In this document: piece by piece, positions 17,718-27,172 of the stretch | How positions within the stretch are numbered: position 1 is the first letter of the stretch | How the letters are laid out: each line of letters starts with the position of its first letter | NCBI GenBank assembly: GCA_964390745.1 | Contig: CAYMIK010000002.1 | Location: forward strand, 26,866-90,865 | Reading direction: 5' to 3' | Source of the DNA: an uncultured Candidatus Saccharibacteria bacterium | GTDB taxonomy: Bacteria; Patescibacteriota; JAUYIX01; CAYMIK01 | DNA: 64,000 bases | Made by a program: the position numbers and the translations under genes | Notes under the pieces: generated by a model | The model's database searches: none | The model's input: the letters and a program-made list of their open reading frames with translations, nothing else | What the model was told of the DNA's origin: nothing

Positions 17718-20120
17718 TTGTCACGAATCAATACTTGTAAAAAACTTCTTGCGTCTATACTTATTATATTCGAAATAGGTTTTTTTTCAATAGGTTTTGA
17801 GGCGGCAGCTTCGACACAAACTGTGGAAAAAGTCAATGCAGCAGCTGGCACCAATAATTACATAAACAATGAAGTGATAGTAGAGCTTAAAGACCCGAAA
17901 GAGTCTGTCTCTTCAGCTTCGAACACTATATTTACTCAAGTAGTCTCGGGATTTCGACCTATTGCTATGAATGTTCAGCGCGAAACGCATATTCGAAAGA
18001 ATCGTGGCGCGCGATTCTTGTTGCAGATTGCAGACGGAACGGACCCCCAGGTTGTTGCAAAGAAGCTTTTGAATCGTCCAGGTGTTCTTTCTGCTTCACC
18101 GAATTTTATTTACCACACGGCACAAACATCAAACGATACGAACTTTGCACTCAAGGATGATTTATACAATACCGGAAGTAACTCTGGGAGAACGAGTGAG
18201 ACGAAGGATGCCGACATTGATGCCGAAATTGCGTGGAATACCACAAAGGGCGCGGGGAGTGTGATTGCGGTCATTGATACGGGAGTGCAACTCACGCACC
18301 CAGATCTTGATGGCAATCTGTGGACCAACCCCGACGAGCCTTCAAATGATAACGCTGATGCACCTGACGGAAATACTTTTATTGGCGACACTAATGGCTG
18401 GGACTTCGTTTCGCATGACAATAATCCGAACCCAGCACCTTCGGGTGCAGAAACAGGCCACGGAACACACGTTGCTGGTATTGCAGCTGCAGAAGTGAAT
18501 AACTCTGCGGGCATTGCTGGCGTTGCGCCAGAGGCAAAGATTATGGTGCTTCGGGCTTTTGATGGAAACGGAAGTGCGACAAGTGATGATGTCATTGCTG
18601 CCATTGATTATGCTATTCAAAATGATGCAAATGTTATCAATATGAGCTTTGCAACGGGACCAGGGGAGTACGACACGAGTTTCGATGCACCCTTGCAAGA
18701 TGCGTACAACAACAATATTGTTCCCGTAGCAGCGGCGGGGAACGACAATATTGATCTCAACAGTCAAAGAGTCTCGCCTGTAACGAATGACTGCGGTTCA
18801 ACGGATTGCGTCATCGGTGTTGCAGCCACGTCCAACGCAGACTATATGGCCTCGTACTCAAACTTTTCAAGTGGCGCAAACAAGTATGTTGATGTTTCAG
18901 CCCCGGGTGGTGTAACAGTATCGAGTCGTGCGATTTATTCCACCCTGCCGGGCTCAACCTATGGATACGAGGCTGGAACATCAATGGCGACACCGCAAGT
19001 AACCGGACTGGTTGCGCTTTTGCATGCAACAAACCCTTCTCTGACGGCCTCACAGATTATTTCACAGATTCGCAACAACACTGACCCCGCAAATTCTTCC
19101 AACATTGGTACTGGTCGAATCAATGCCGCGCATGCGGTGAATAACAGCATCATGAGCCGATTCGATGCGAGTGGAGGAAATCATTACAGCATCTCGAATC
19201 AGGTGAGCCAGATGCGGTTCCCACAAGATGGCACGGCAACTTCAGTGTTGATCGCTTCTGGGACAAATTTCCCCGATGCCTTGGCTGGTGGTGGTTTGGC
19301 GAAATCAAAAACGGCGCCACTTATTTTAACGAGTCCGAGTGGACTTAGCTCTTCTTCTCTTACAGAGATTCAGCGAGCGCTTTCGAATTCAACGAAGAAA
19401 ATTTATATACTTGGTGGCACGAGTGCTGTCTCTTCAAACATCGAGACGCAACTTTCTAATGTCGGCTACGCCAACACTGAACGAGTCGCGGGAGACGATA
19501 GGGTAGACACGGCAATTGCCATAGCGAACATCACAAATCCTTCAACCACCTCATACGCATTTGTGGTCAATAAAGATAATTTCCCCGATGGACTTGCGGC
19601 ATCGGCCATCTCTGCGGCCAAGGGAATACCAGTGTTAGTGAATGGCGCGGGCTCGCTTGATGCAAGAAATTCCAGTTGGCTCACAGCACACCATGTTTCG
19701 CGCGTTTTTGTTGTGGGCGGAACAAGTGTTGTGACCGATACCGTAAAAAATCAAATAGGTGCTTTGGGTATTTCGGTAACACGGCTCGCTGGTGCTGATA
19801 GATATGCCACGAGCTATGAAGTTGCGCGATGTTTTTATTCGACTTCGGCAACATCGGTGTGCAATGGTGTTGTGAGTTCGCGGGCTAAACCAAAACAGGT
19901 AGGATATGCAACAGGCATCTACTTTCAGGATGCACTAACTGCTGGGCCGTACATGGGGTACTATGCTGGGCCGGTTCTGCTGGTCTCATCGTCTGTTTCA
20001 AGTTCTGTGACGAGTTACGATGCCATGATTCAGGGAACAGCACGCGATGGATTTGTTTTTGGAACTACTTCGAATGTCTCGCCGTCTGTTTTGAGTACGC
20101 TTGCAGCGCAGTTGAAGTAA
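17718..20120 (+). CDS. Subtilisin-like serine protease (peptidase S8) with three C-terminal CW_binding_2 cell-wall-binding repeats
   Basis: Catalytic triad contexts VIAVIDTG (Asp), GHGTHVAG (His), GTSMATP (Ser). N-terminal signal/TM. C-terminus has three repeats of the FPDALAGG...PLILTS / FPDGLAAS...PVLVN / FQDALTAG...PVLLVS type. Confidence 0.9.
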   Translation: MSRINTCKKLLASILIIFEIGFFSIGFEAAASTQTVEKVNAAAGTNNYINNEVIVELKDPKESVSSASNTIFTQVVSGFRPIAMNVQRETHIRKNRGARFLLQIADGTDPQVVAKKLLNRPGVLSASPNFIYHTAQTSNDTNFALKDDLYNTGSNSGRTSETKDADIDAEIAWNTTKGAGSVIAVIDTGVQLTHPDLDGNLWTNPDEPSNDNADAPDGNTFIGDTNGWDFVSHDNNPNPAPSGAETGHGTHVAGIAAAEVNNSAGIAGVAPEAKIMVLRAFDGNGSATSDDVIAAIDYAIQNDANVINMSFATGPGEYDTSFDAPLQDAYNNNIVPVAAAGNDNIDLNSQRVSPVTNDCGSTDCVIGVAATSNADYMASYSNFSSGANKYVDVSAPGGVTVSSRAIYSTLPGSTYGYEAGTSMATPQVTGLVALLHATNPSLTASQIISQIRNNTDPANSSNIGTGRINAAHAVNNSIMSRFDASGGNHYSISNQVSQMRFPQDGTATSVLIASGTNFPDALAGGGLAKSKTAPLILTSPSGLSSSSLTEIQRALSNSTKKIYILGGTSAVSSNIETQLSNVGYANTERVAGDDRVDTAIAIANITNPSTTSYAFVVNKDNFPDGLAASAISAAKGIPVLVNGAGSLDARNSSWLTAHHVSRVFVVGGTSVVTDTVKNQIGALGISVTRLAGADRYATSYEVARCFYSTSATSVCNGVVSSRAKPKQVGYATGIYFQDALTAGPYMGYYAGPVLLVSSSVSSSVTSYDAMIQGTARDGFVFGTTSNVSPSVLSTLAAQLK

Positions 20121-20162
20121 GATTGTGTGTGGCAGGGTGGGGTTGTGTCATACAAAAATTCG

Positions 20163-20191
20163 TTGACAATTTGCCCATTTTCGCGTATGTA
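20163..20191 (+). promoter_or_regulatory. Sigma70-like promoter TTGACA-17-TATGTA
   Basis: ttgaca at 20163-20168, 17-nt spacer, tatgta at 20186-20191, upstream of the flippase/GT gene string. Confidence 0.4.
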
Positions 20192-20217
20192 TAGGGAGTT
20201 AACTTTGAATACATTTC

Positions 20218-21561
20218 ATGAGTGAACAGCACAAAACAACCTTTGGAAGTCAGGTGATTGAGCGTGTTTTTGTCGACGGATCCACGCTGGTGGGAATGTC
20301 ACTCATTAATATTCTTATTGCGCGGTCACTCGGGGCTTCAGGAAAGGGCGCTATTGCTTTGGCGATGCTCATTGCCAATATTATTTTTGTATTTTCATCG
20401 TTTGGCGTTCATCAGGCAAATAACTATTTCCGTGGTCGCAGAAATCATTCGCCAAGCGCACTGTACACAAACGCCATTATTTTTTCGATACTTATTTCGT
20501 TGGTTGCCGGTGGAATATTCTTACTGGTGTACCCAATGCTGGCTGATCGGTTCTTTTCTGGACTTCCCGTAAGATTTATTTTGCTTGCGTTGACTATTCT
20601 GCCCTTCTTGCATATTCAATCGAGCTTCACGAATTTTTTGCTCATTGAAAAAAAGCTTCGTTATTATAATGCCGTAAGTATTCTTAAAGTAGTTGTTCAG
20701 GTTGTATTGGTATATGTATTCTTGTTTCCGTTGCAACTTGGAACGTACTCGGTTGTGGCTGCATGGATTGTTGCGCAGGCATTCTTGGGAATTCTCACGG
20801 TCTATAAAACATGGCGCGCGCAAGACGCCAAGCTTTTGTTTCACTTTGCACTTTTGAAAGAAACCTTTTTGTTTGGCTTGCGCGGCTACTTTGGAAACTT
20901 TATTTATTTTATCAACCAGCGACTCGATCTCATTATGGTGAGTTTCTTTTTGCCACTCGCCGATGTTGGCGTGTATTCGGTAGCCTCAGCTTTGAGTGAA
21001 ATCTTGCTGCAACTTCCAGGATCTGTTACAACCATTTTGTTTCCACGAGTGGCGGCTACCACCGACGAGGATTCGAATCAATTTACGCCGCGTATCTTTC
21101 GAAACATGATCGTGATTATGATCCTTTTGGGCTTGGGCCTGGCGGTGTTTGGTCACCTCGTTATTTCCTTTTTCTTTGGTCCTGAATTTGAGCGAGGAAT
21201 TACGCCACTCTATGTTATGATTCCGGGTGTAGCGTTCATAGGGGCGGCAACGGTTTTAGGAAACGATCTTTCCGCGCGAGGTCGTCTCGAAGTTCATAGC
21301 TATATCGCGGGCATTGGATTGGTGCTCGATGTTGTTCTGAATATTCTTCTTATTCCACATTTTGGCTTGCTGGGTGCTGCGCTTGGCTCGACGCTGTCGT
21401 ACACGCTCATTGCTCTTGCGCTCATTGTCGCCTTCCGTGTTATTACAAAAGTCTCGTTTCGCGATATGCTTATTTTGAAGAAAAGTGATCTGGTGTATTA
21501 CGCCCGACTTCTTCACAAACTCCATCTTTTACCCGAATCAGTTGTTCAGAAACTCACATGA
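20218..21561 (+). CDS. wzx: Wzx-type polysaccharide flippase (MOP superfamily polysaccharide biosynthesis protein)
   Basis: About 12-14 TM helices and N-terminal GxSxxG-like segments typical of PF01943. It sits at the head of a glycosyltransferase operon. Confidence 0.75.
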   Translation: MSEQHKTTFGSQVIERVFVDGSTLVGMSLINILIARSLGASGKGAIALAMLIANIIFVFSSFGVHQANNYFRGRRNHSPSALYTNAIIFSILISLVAGGIFLLVYPMLADRFFSGLPVRFILLALTILPFLHIQSSFTNFLLIEKKLRYYNAVSILKVVVQVVLVYVFLFPLQLGTYSVVAAWIVAQAFLGILTVYKTWRAQDAKLLFHFALLKETFLFGLRGYFGNFIYFINQRLDLIMVSFFLPLADVGVYSVASALSEILLQLPGSVTTILFPRVAATTDEDSNQFTPRIFRNMIVIMILLGLGLAVFGHLVISFFFGPEFERGITPLYVMIPGVAFIGAATVLGNDLSARGRLEVHSYIAGIGLVLDVVLNILLIPHFGLLGAALGSTLSYTLIALALIVAFRVITKVSFRDMLILKKSDLVYYARLLHKLHLLPESVVQKLT

Positions 21562-22646
21562 AAAAGATTACCTTTCTTGCCGATGCCGGAAATGCACACA
21601 TGCAGCGATGGCTGACGGCTCTTTCGAAAGATTTTGAAATTCAGGTTGTGACCCAATCGTTGGATACAAACGTTCCAAAGAACGTTCAGCAGATTCACTA
21701 CAACATTCAGTTTTCAAGAAACCCTCTTTTGCGGCCGCTGCAGATTCTCCGGCAAAACCGAAAGATCCGAAAAGCTATTGCGGCATTTTCGCCAGATATT
21801 TTGCATGTGCATTATGCGTTAGCGCACTCCATCGCCTACGCACTACCAAAAAATATTACTACGGTAGTTTCATTGTGGGGTTCGGATATCGTGCCACTTC
21901 CGGGAAAAAATTTTTCCGACCAAGACTTCGCATACCTCGACTTATATCTTTCGAGAGCTACGCGTATTACGGTTACGAGCTCGTTTCTTGCGACCTACTT
22001 TACCAAGTTGTTTCGCGATACGTACCAAAAACCCACCGTCATTCCGTTTGGAATTGACACGGGGCTCTATGCTCCGATGCGCCGAACCAAGAATGTAGGG
22101 AAACCCGTTGTTGTGGGATTTGCACGGCAGTTCTATTCGCACTATGGATTTATGGATCTTTTGCAAGCTTCCGCGCCACTTTGCAAAGAAAACTTGCTAA
22201 CACTCAGGGTTGCGGGAAGTGGCGAAGAAGAGAATTTGTACAAAGCTGCCGTTGCCAAATTGGGTCTCCAGCATGCGGTTAAGTTTGTGGGGCGGATAGA
22301 AAACGCCTTTGAAATGCCAAAATTTTATGCATCGATAGACATTTTTGCGAATCCATCACACCGCGAATCATTTGGCGTTGCGGCGCTTGAAGCCGAATCG
22401 TGCGAAGTTCCGGTGGTTGCCGCAAAGACGGGCGGAATTCCGGAAACCGTAAAAAACGGCGAGACGGGAATTTTGTACCAAGTTGGAGATATTGAAGAGC
22501 TGCGTGCTGCATTGAAGAAATTGGCTGAAGACTCAAAACTTCGAGAAAGCATGGGGAGGGCTGGAAGAAAGTTTGTTCAGGAAACCTATGAGTGGCAAAA
22601 AAATGTTGAAGCTATGAAACAGGTCTACGAAGATGTCACAAAATAA
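21558..22646 (+). CDS. Glycosyltransferase family 4
   Basis: SHRESFGVAALEAESCEVPVVAAKTGGIPETVKNGETGILY (E-x7-E). 4-nt overlap with wzx. Confidence 0.85.
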   Translation: MKKITFLADAGNAHMQRWLTALSKDFEIQVVTQSLDTNVPKNVQQIHYNIQFSRNPLLRPLQILRQNRKIRKAIAAFSPDILHVHYALAHSIAYALPKNITTVVSLWGSDIVPLPGKNFSDQDFAYLDLYLSRATRITVTSSFLATYFTKLFRDTYQKPTVIPFGIDTGLYAPMRRTKNVGKPVVVGFARQFYSHYGFMDLLQASAPLCKENLLTLRVAGSGEEENLYKAAVAKLGLQHAVKFVGRIENAFEMPKFYASIDIFANPSHRESFGVAALEAESCEVPVVAAKTGGIPETVKNGETGILYQVGDIEELRAALKKLAEDSKLRESMGRAGRKFVQETYEWQKNVEAMKQVYEDVTK

Positions 22647-23967
22647 TAAAAAAGTTTTAGTTGTAGCATATTTCTTCCCACCTATGGGTGGTGGAGGAGT
22701 GCAGCGTACGGTGAAATTTGTAAAGTACCTGCGAGATTTTGGGTATGAGCCGGTTGTTTTAACCGTAAAGTCTGGCCAGCACACGGTTTTTGATGCATCG
22801 CTTTCACGCGATATTCCTAAAGGCGTTCGAATTATTCGAACCAACTACTTTGGGTTGTTTTTTGGTGGCAGTGAGGCAAAATCAAAAGAACGACTCTCGA
22901 GCCTTACAAAGAAATCAGATGAAGTAGCTCAAAAAACTTTTTCATGGAAGTCGTTGCTGCGAGCACCGTACCACTTTGTTGAACGAATGTTTCTTGTTCC
23001 TGACATTCAAACTTTTTGGCGAGGCTCTGCATACCGAAAGGCTATAAAGGTACTTCGAAAGGAACATTTTGATCTGATCTACTCAACTTCATCACCATAT
23101 ACCTCACATCTTATTGCGCGTGATTTACATCGCGAAACAAAAATTCCTTGGGTAGCGGACTTCCGTGACCACTGGACGCTTGGCCCAATGTATCAGCCGG
23201 CCAGCTTTGTTCATCAATGGATTGATCGTTCATATGAACGTTCTATTTTGCGCGAAGCGAGTGGTGTAGTTTTTAATACCGAACGAAATCAGAAGGATAT
23301 CGATCAATTCTTCCCAGAAATCTATCGCAAAGCTTGTGCTATTCACAACGGGTTTGATTCCGAAGATATTCACGAGACGGCGTATTACCACGAAGATGAG
23401 ATTAAGTGCTTTTTCCCTGCATCATTTTATGGCAAAGTAAACTCTCCAGAGAAATTTTTGAAAGCATTGGAAATAGTATCCAAAAAAGTTCCCAACATAA
23501 GTCTTTCTATCGCGGGTGATATTGATGCTACGAATCGTCACATGATTGAGTCTTCGCCGCTGTATGGAAAAAATATTTTCCTCCAGGGTTGGATTGCGCA
23601 CAGCGAAGTGACAAAATTTACAACAGCCGCAACATTTTTATTACTCTTCGTTCCGCCGCTTACGCGCGCTGCTTCGTGGGTGCCGCAAAAACTTTATGAA
23701 TATCTTGCTTCTGGCCGACCCATTTTTGCACTCGCACCAAAGAATGGGGAAGCGACAGAGATTATCGAGAAAACACAGACCGGTTATACCGTTTCGTCTG
23801 ATTTGAGCGTAGAAGATACCGCAAAAGAACTCTTGAAGTTTCTCGAGGGGCTTAAGGCCAAAAACTGGCAGCAGCGTGCGAACAAAGATGAAGTGGGAAA
23901 ATTTACCCGAAAAAATTTAACGAAAAAACTCGCGGAATTCTTTGATGAGGTTGTAGATGAAGCTTGA
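22633..23967 (+). CDS. GT-B fold glycosyltransferase (GT4-like), diverged
   Basis: N-terminus VLVVAYFFPPMGGGGVQRTVKFVKYL is typical of Glyco_trans_4-like N-terminal domains. Overlaps the upstream GT. Confidence 0.6.
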   Translation: MSQNNKKVLVVAYFFPPMGGGGVQRTVKFVKYLRDFGYEPVVLTVKSGQHTVFDASLSRDIPKGVRIIRTNYFGLFFGGSEAKSKERLSSLTKKSDEVAQKTFSWKSLLRAPYHFVERMFLVPDIQTFWRGSAYRKAIKVLRKEHFDLIYSTSSPYTSHLIARDLHRETKIPWVADFRDHWTLGPMYQPASFVHQWIDRSYERSILREASGVVFNTERNQKDIDQFFPEIYRKACAIHNGFDSEDIHETAYYHEDEIKCFFPASFYGKVNSPEKFLKALEIVSKKVPNISLSIAGDIDATNRHMIESSPLYGKNIFLQGWIAHSEVTKFTTAATFLLLFVPPLTRAASWVPQKLYEYLASGRPIFALAPKNGEATEIIEKTQTGYTVSSDLSVEDTAKELLKFLEGLKAKNWQQRANKDEVGKFTRKNLTKKLAEFFDEVVDEA

Positions 23968-25135
23968 AAATACTGCTATTGTGTATTTCTCGCCACTCAA
24001 CTGGCACGACAACTGGCAACGTCAGCAAGAGTTTGCGTCGCGCATGGCGGAAAAGAATTTTGTTTTGTTTGTCACGCCGATGGGCTTAATAAACTATAGC
24101 GTTTTGGGTGTCTTCAAAAAGGCATTCCTTCAACTCTTTGGTTTCAAAAAAGGTGGGCAACGGGAAACACAGAACGAAGTGCCAGAGAACATTCATTTTG
24201 TTACCTTACTTTTTCTTCCGCGACACAATAATAGGTTTTTTGAATCAATCAATACGAAGCTGCTTCTCTGGCAAATCCGAAAAAAACTCCGCGCCCTTGG
24301 GGCACAAGAAAAGAAATTAGTCTTTTGGACAGGAAACCCGGTTCGAACTATTAGTAACCTCATTCGGCCACTTGACCCGGAATGTGTTATTTACGACAAC
24401 GCGATGCGTTTTGAAAAACTTGAAAATGCACCTCGCTATACACTCGAACATGAAGAGGTGCTCGTGAAAAAGTGTGACTTTGTGGTAACCGATAACGACT
24501 TTAAAAAGAATCAGTTCGAACAATGGGGTGCAAGGGTTTATAAGATTCCTCAGGCCGTGAATCTTGCTCAGTTTGATGTAAATAAAACGTATGAGATCCC
24601 AGAAAATCTCGTGGGTGTGCAGCACCCAATTGTTGGTTATTATGGCGTGCTTCGCGAGGTGGTAGACTTTGAGCTTCTTCAGTATGTTGCCAAAAAACTC
24701 CCCAGTGTTTCATTCGTATTCATGGGCAATGTGTGGGATCAAGAGAACATTGAAAAACTGAAGGAAAACACAAATGTTCACGTGCTGCCTGCCGTTCCAC
24801 ATAGCCAGCTTCCTTCGTATCTTGCGCATTTCGATGTTGCTCTCATCCCATATATCGTCAATGACTATACACAAGGAACATTTCCGAATAAGCTCTTTGA
24901 ATACTTTTCTTTTTTGAAACCAGTGGTCGCCGAGCCTTTGCCAGAGTTTGAGTATTACAAGGATTTTATGTATCTTTCGAGTGACAAGGATGTTTTTGCG
25001 TCCCATATCGAAGAGGCAATTCAAAAAGGTACGAAAAACAAGGAAAAACTTCAAGCTTTGGTATATCGAAATACATGGGAAAAACGATTTGAAGCGCTTC
25101 AAGAAGCTTTCGAACAAACAAAGGGGAGAAAATAA
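23957..25135 (+). CDS. GT-B fold glycosyltransferase (group 1, TuaH-like)
   Basis: N-terminus IVYFSPLNWHDNWQRQQEFASRMA. C-terminal EGTFPNKLFEYFSFLKPVV region. Confidence 0.6.
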   Translation: MKLENTAIVYFSPLNWHDNWQRQQEFASRMAEKNFVLFVTPMGLINYSVLGVFKKAFLQLFGFKKGGQRETQNEVPENIHFVTLLFLPRHNNRFFESINTKLLLWQIRKKLRALGAQEKKLVFWTGNPVRTISNLIRPLDPECVIYDNAMRFEKLENAPRYTLEHEEVLVKKCDFVVTDNDFKKNQFEQWGARVYKIPQAVNLAQFDVNKTYEIPENLVGVQHPIVGYYGVLREVVDFELLQYVAKKLPSVSFVFMGNVWDQENIEKLKENTNVHVLPAVPHSQLPSYLAHFDVALIPYIVNDYTQGTFPNKLFEYFSFLKPVVAEPLPEFEYYKDFMYLSSDKDVFASHIEEAIQKGTKNKEKLQALVYRNTWEKRFEALQEAFEQTKGRK

Positions 25136-26310
25136 TGGAAAAAATAAAGGTTGCTTTTATAACGGTCAGTACCGAACAGATTGGCCCAAATGTTGTCATT
25201 TTGAATATCGCCAAAAGCCTGGATCGTTCGCGATTTGAACCGGTGGTAGTTGCTTTGGCAGGAAAAGGCTGGGGAAAATATACCAAGGAAGCACATGACT
25301 TCACGACAAAGTTTAAGGAAGCTGATATACCAGTTCATCAGCTCAGTCTTCCAAAAGGTCTTGATCTCTTTTTGGCCGTCCCAAGGCTTTTCTTCTTGTT
25401 GAGGAAGATTCGGCCGCATGTTGTCCATACACATCTTCTTCGCAGCGATGTTTACGGAAGGGTTGCGGCGGGATGGTTGAAGATTCCCGTGGTCTCGACG
25501 CTTCACAATGAAGATCTGTGGCTTACTGGAAAGAGTATCTTTGACGCTATCACTCGAATCGTTGAGCGATGGACGCAGCGTTACGCCGATGCATACATTG
25601 CGGTTGCATCGAATGTAAAAGATTTTTATTTGGCGCACGATGCATCTATCGCTGAGTCAAAGATAACGGTCATCAATAACGCCGTAGATACAAAAAAATA
25701 TGCTCCGAATGCAGCGATACGTGAAGAAAAGCGAGGAGAGCTTGGTGTGACAAATGAAATGACGGTCATTGGAACCACGGCCAGGCTCATAGAACAAAAG
25801 GATCCGCTGATGCTTTTGGCTGCACTTGAAAAAGTTTTTAAGAAGAACTCGCTTGCGCGATTTTTCTGGATTGGTGAAGGGCCACTTCGGAAAGAGGTAG
25901 AAGAACGACTCGAAAAATCGCCACACAAAAACCGGTTTGTACTTTTGGGCCAACGCCAAGATGTTCCGGACCTTTTGCAGGCCCTCGATATTTTTGTTTT
26001 GTCGTCACTCCATGAAGGTTTACCCATGGCACTCCTTGAAGCCATGGCTACAGGCACTGCTGCGGTTGCAACCGCAGTTTCGGGGAATCAAGTGGTCATA
26101 CAGAGTGGACAGACAGGCCTTCTTGCTAAGGTGCATGATGCAGAAAGTATGGCAGAAAATATGTTACAGCTTATCGAAAACTCCGAGCTTCGAAAAAACA
26201 TTGCGGAAGCAGGCACGAAACACGTGCAAACTCATTACTCACTCGAGAAGTTTGGGAAAGAACACCAGGATTTGTACGATCGAGTTTTGACCAAGCACCA
26301 ACTTCCTTGA
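25135..26310 (+). CDS. Glycosyltransferase family 4
   Basis: SSLHEGLPMALLEAMATGTAAVATAVSGNQVVIQSGQTGLL (E-x7-E motif). Start overlaps the upstream stop. Confidence 0.85.
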   Translation: MEKIKVAFITVSTEQIGPNVVILNIAKSLDRSRFEPVVVALAGKGWGKYTKEAHDFTTKFKEADIPVHQLSLPKGLDLFLAVPRLFFLLRKIRPHVVHTHLLRSDVYGRVAAGWLKIPVVSTLHNEDLWLTGKSIFDAITRIVERWTQRYADAYIAVASNVKDFYLAHDASIAESKITVINNAVDTKKYAPNAAIREEKRGELGVTNEMTVIGTTARLIEQKDPLMLLAALEKVFKKNSLARFFWIGEGPLRKEVEERLEKSPHKNRFVLLGQRQDVPDLLQALDIFVLSSLHEGLPMALLEAMATGTAAVATAVSGNQVVIQSGQTGLLAKVHDAESMAENMLQLIENSELRKNIAEAGTKHVQTHYSLEKFGKEHQDLYDRVLTKHQLP

Positions 26311-26347
26311 TAAAATCAATCACGTATGGCATAATTTTTCCGAACAT

Positions 26348-27172
26348 ATGGATGTTTCTATAATTCTCGTTAACTATAAAACTCCGAAGCAATTGTGCGA
26401 ATGCATCGAGAGTATCTATGCGAACACAGAAAATGTGGACGACATTATTGTTGTGGATAACGATTCGCGTGATGAGAGCATTCAGTTGGTTCGAGAGAAG
26501 TATCCTAATGTTCGAACGGTAGCCTCAAAACACAACGGTGGTTTTGCTATGGCCGCAAATTGGGGAATGAACTTGGCCCGACACGAAACCGTTCTCTTGT
26601 TGAACCCAGACATTATTGTTGAGGGCAACGCTATCGCCACGCTGTACCAAAAGCTGCATGCATCCAAAGATATTGCAATCGTTGCGCCCAAGCTTCTGAA
26701 CTTTGATCGAAGCTTGCAGTACTCTATTGCAAAGTTCCCTAAATTTTTTACGCCATTGTACCGAAGAACGCTTTTTGGAAGACTTTCATTTGGCAAAAAA
26801 GAGTTGCAACGATTTGAAATGAAGGACGTAGATCACGACAGAGAACAGGATGTTGATTGGGCTATCGGCGCTGCACTCATGATGAAACGCGATATTGTTA
26901 TGGCTCTTGGCTGTATGGATAGCCGGTACTTCTTGTATTTTGAAGATGTTGATTTATGTCGAAGGGCTTGGGAGGCTGGCTATCGTGTTCGATATATCCC
27001 TGAAGCTATTATGCTCCACGAGCACAAAAGACTCAGTGCTGACCAGTCTGGGCTGAAGTCTATCGTGAATCGTGTGACGCGTATCCATATTTATAGCTGG
27101 ATCCAGTATTTCTTCAAATTTAAAGGGAAGCTTCGAGTTGCGAAGCGATCGGGTGAAAGTGGACCAAAGTAA
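26348..27172 (+). CDS. Glycosyltransferase family 2 (GT-A fold)
   Basis: VSIILVNYKTPKQL...VVDNDSRDES (DxD region), YFEDVDLCRRAWEAGYRV. Confidence 0.85.
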   Translation: MDVSIILVNYKTPKQLCECIESIYANTENVDDIIVVDNDSRDESIQLVREKYPNVRTVASKHNGGFAMAANWGMNLARHETVLLLNPDIIVEGNAIATLYQKLHASKDIAIVAPKLLNFDRSLQYSIAKFPKFFTPLYRRTLFGRLSFGKKELQRFEMKDVDHDREQDVDWAIGAALMMKRDIVMALGCMDSRYFLYFEDVDLCRRAWEAGYRVRYIPEAIMLHEHKRLSADQSGLKSIVNRVTRIHIYSWIQYFFKFKGKLRVAKRSGESGPK

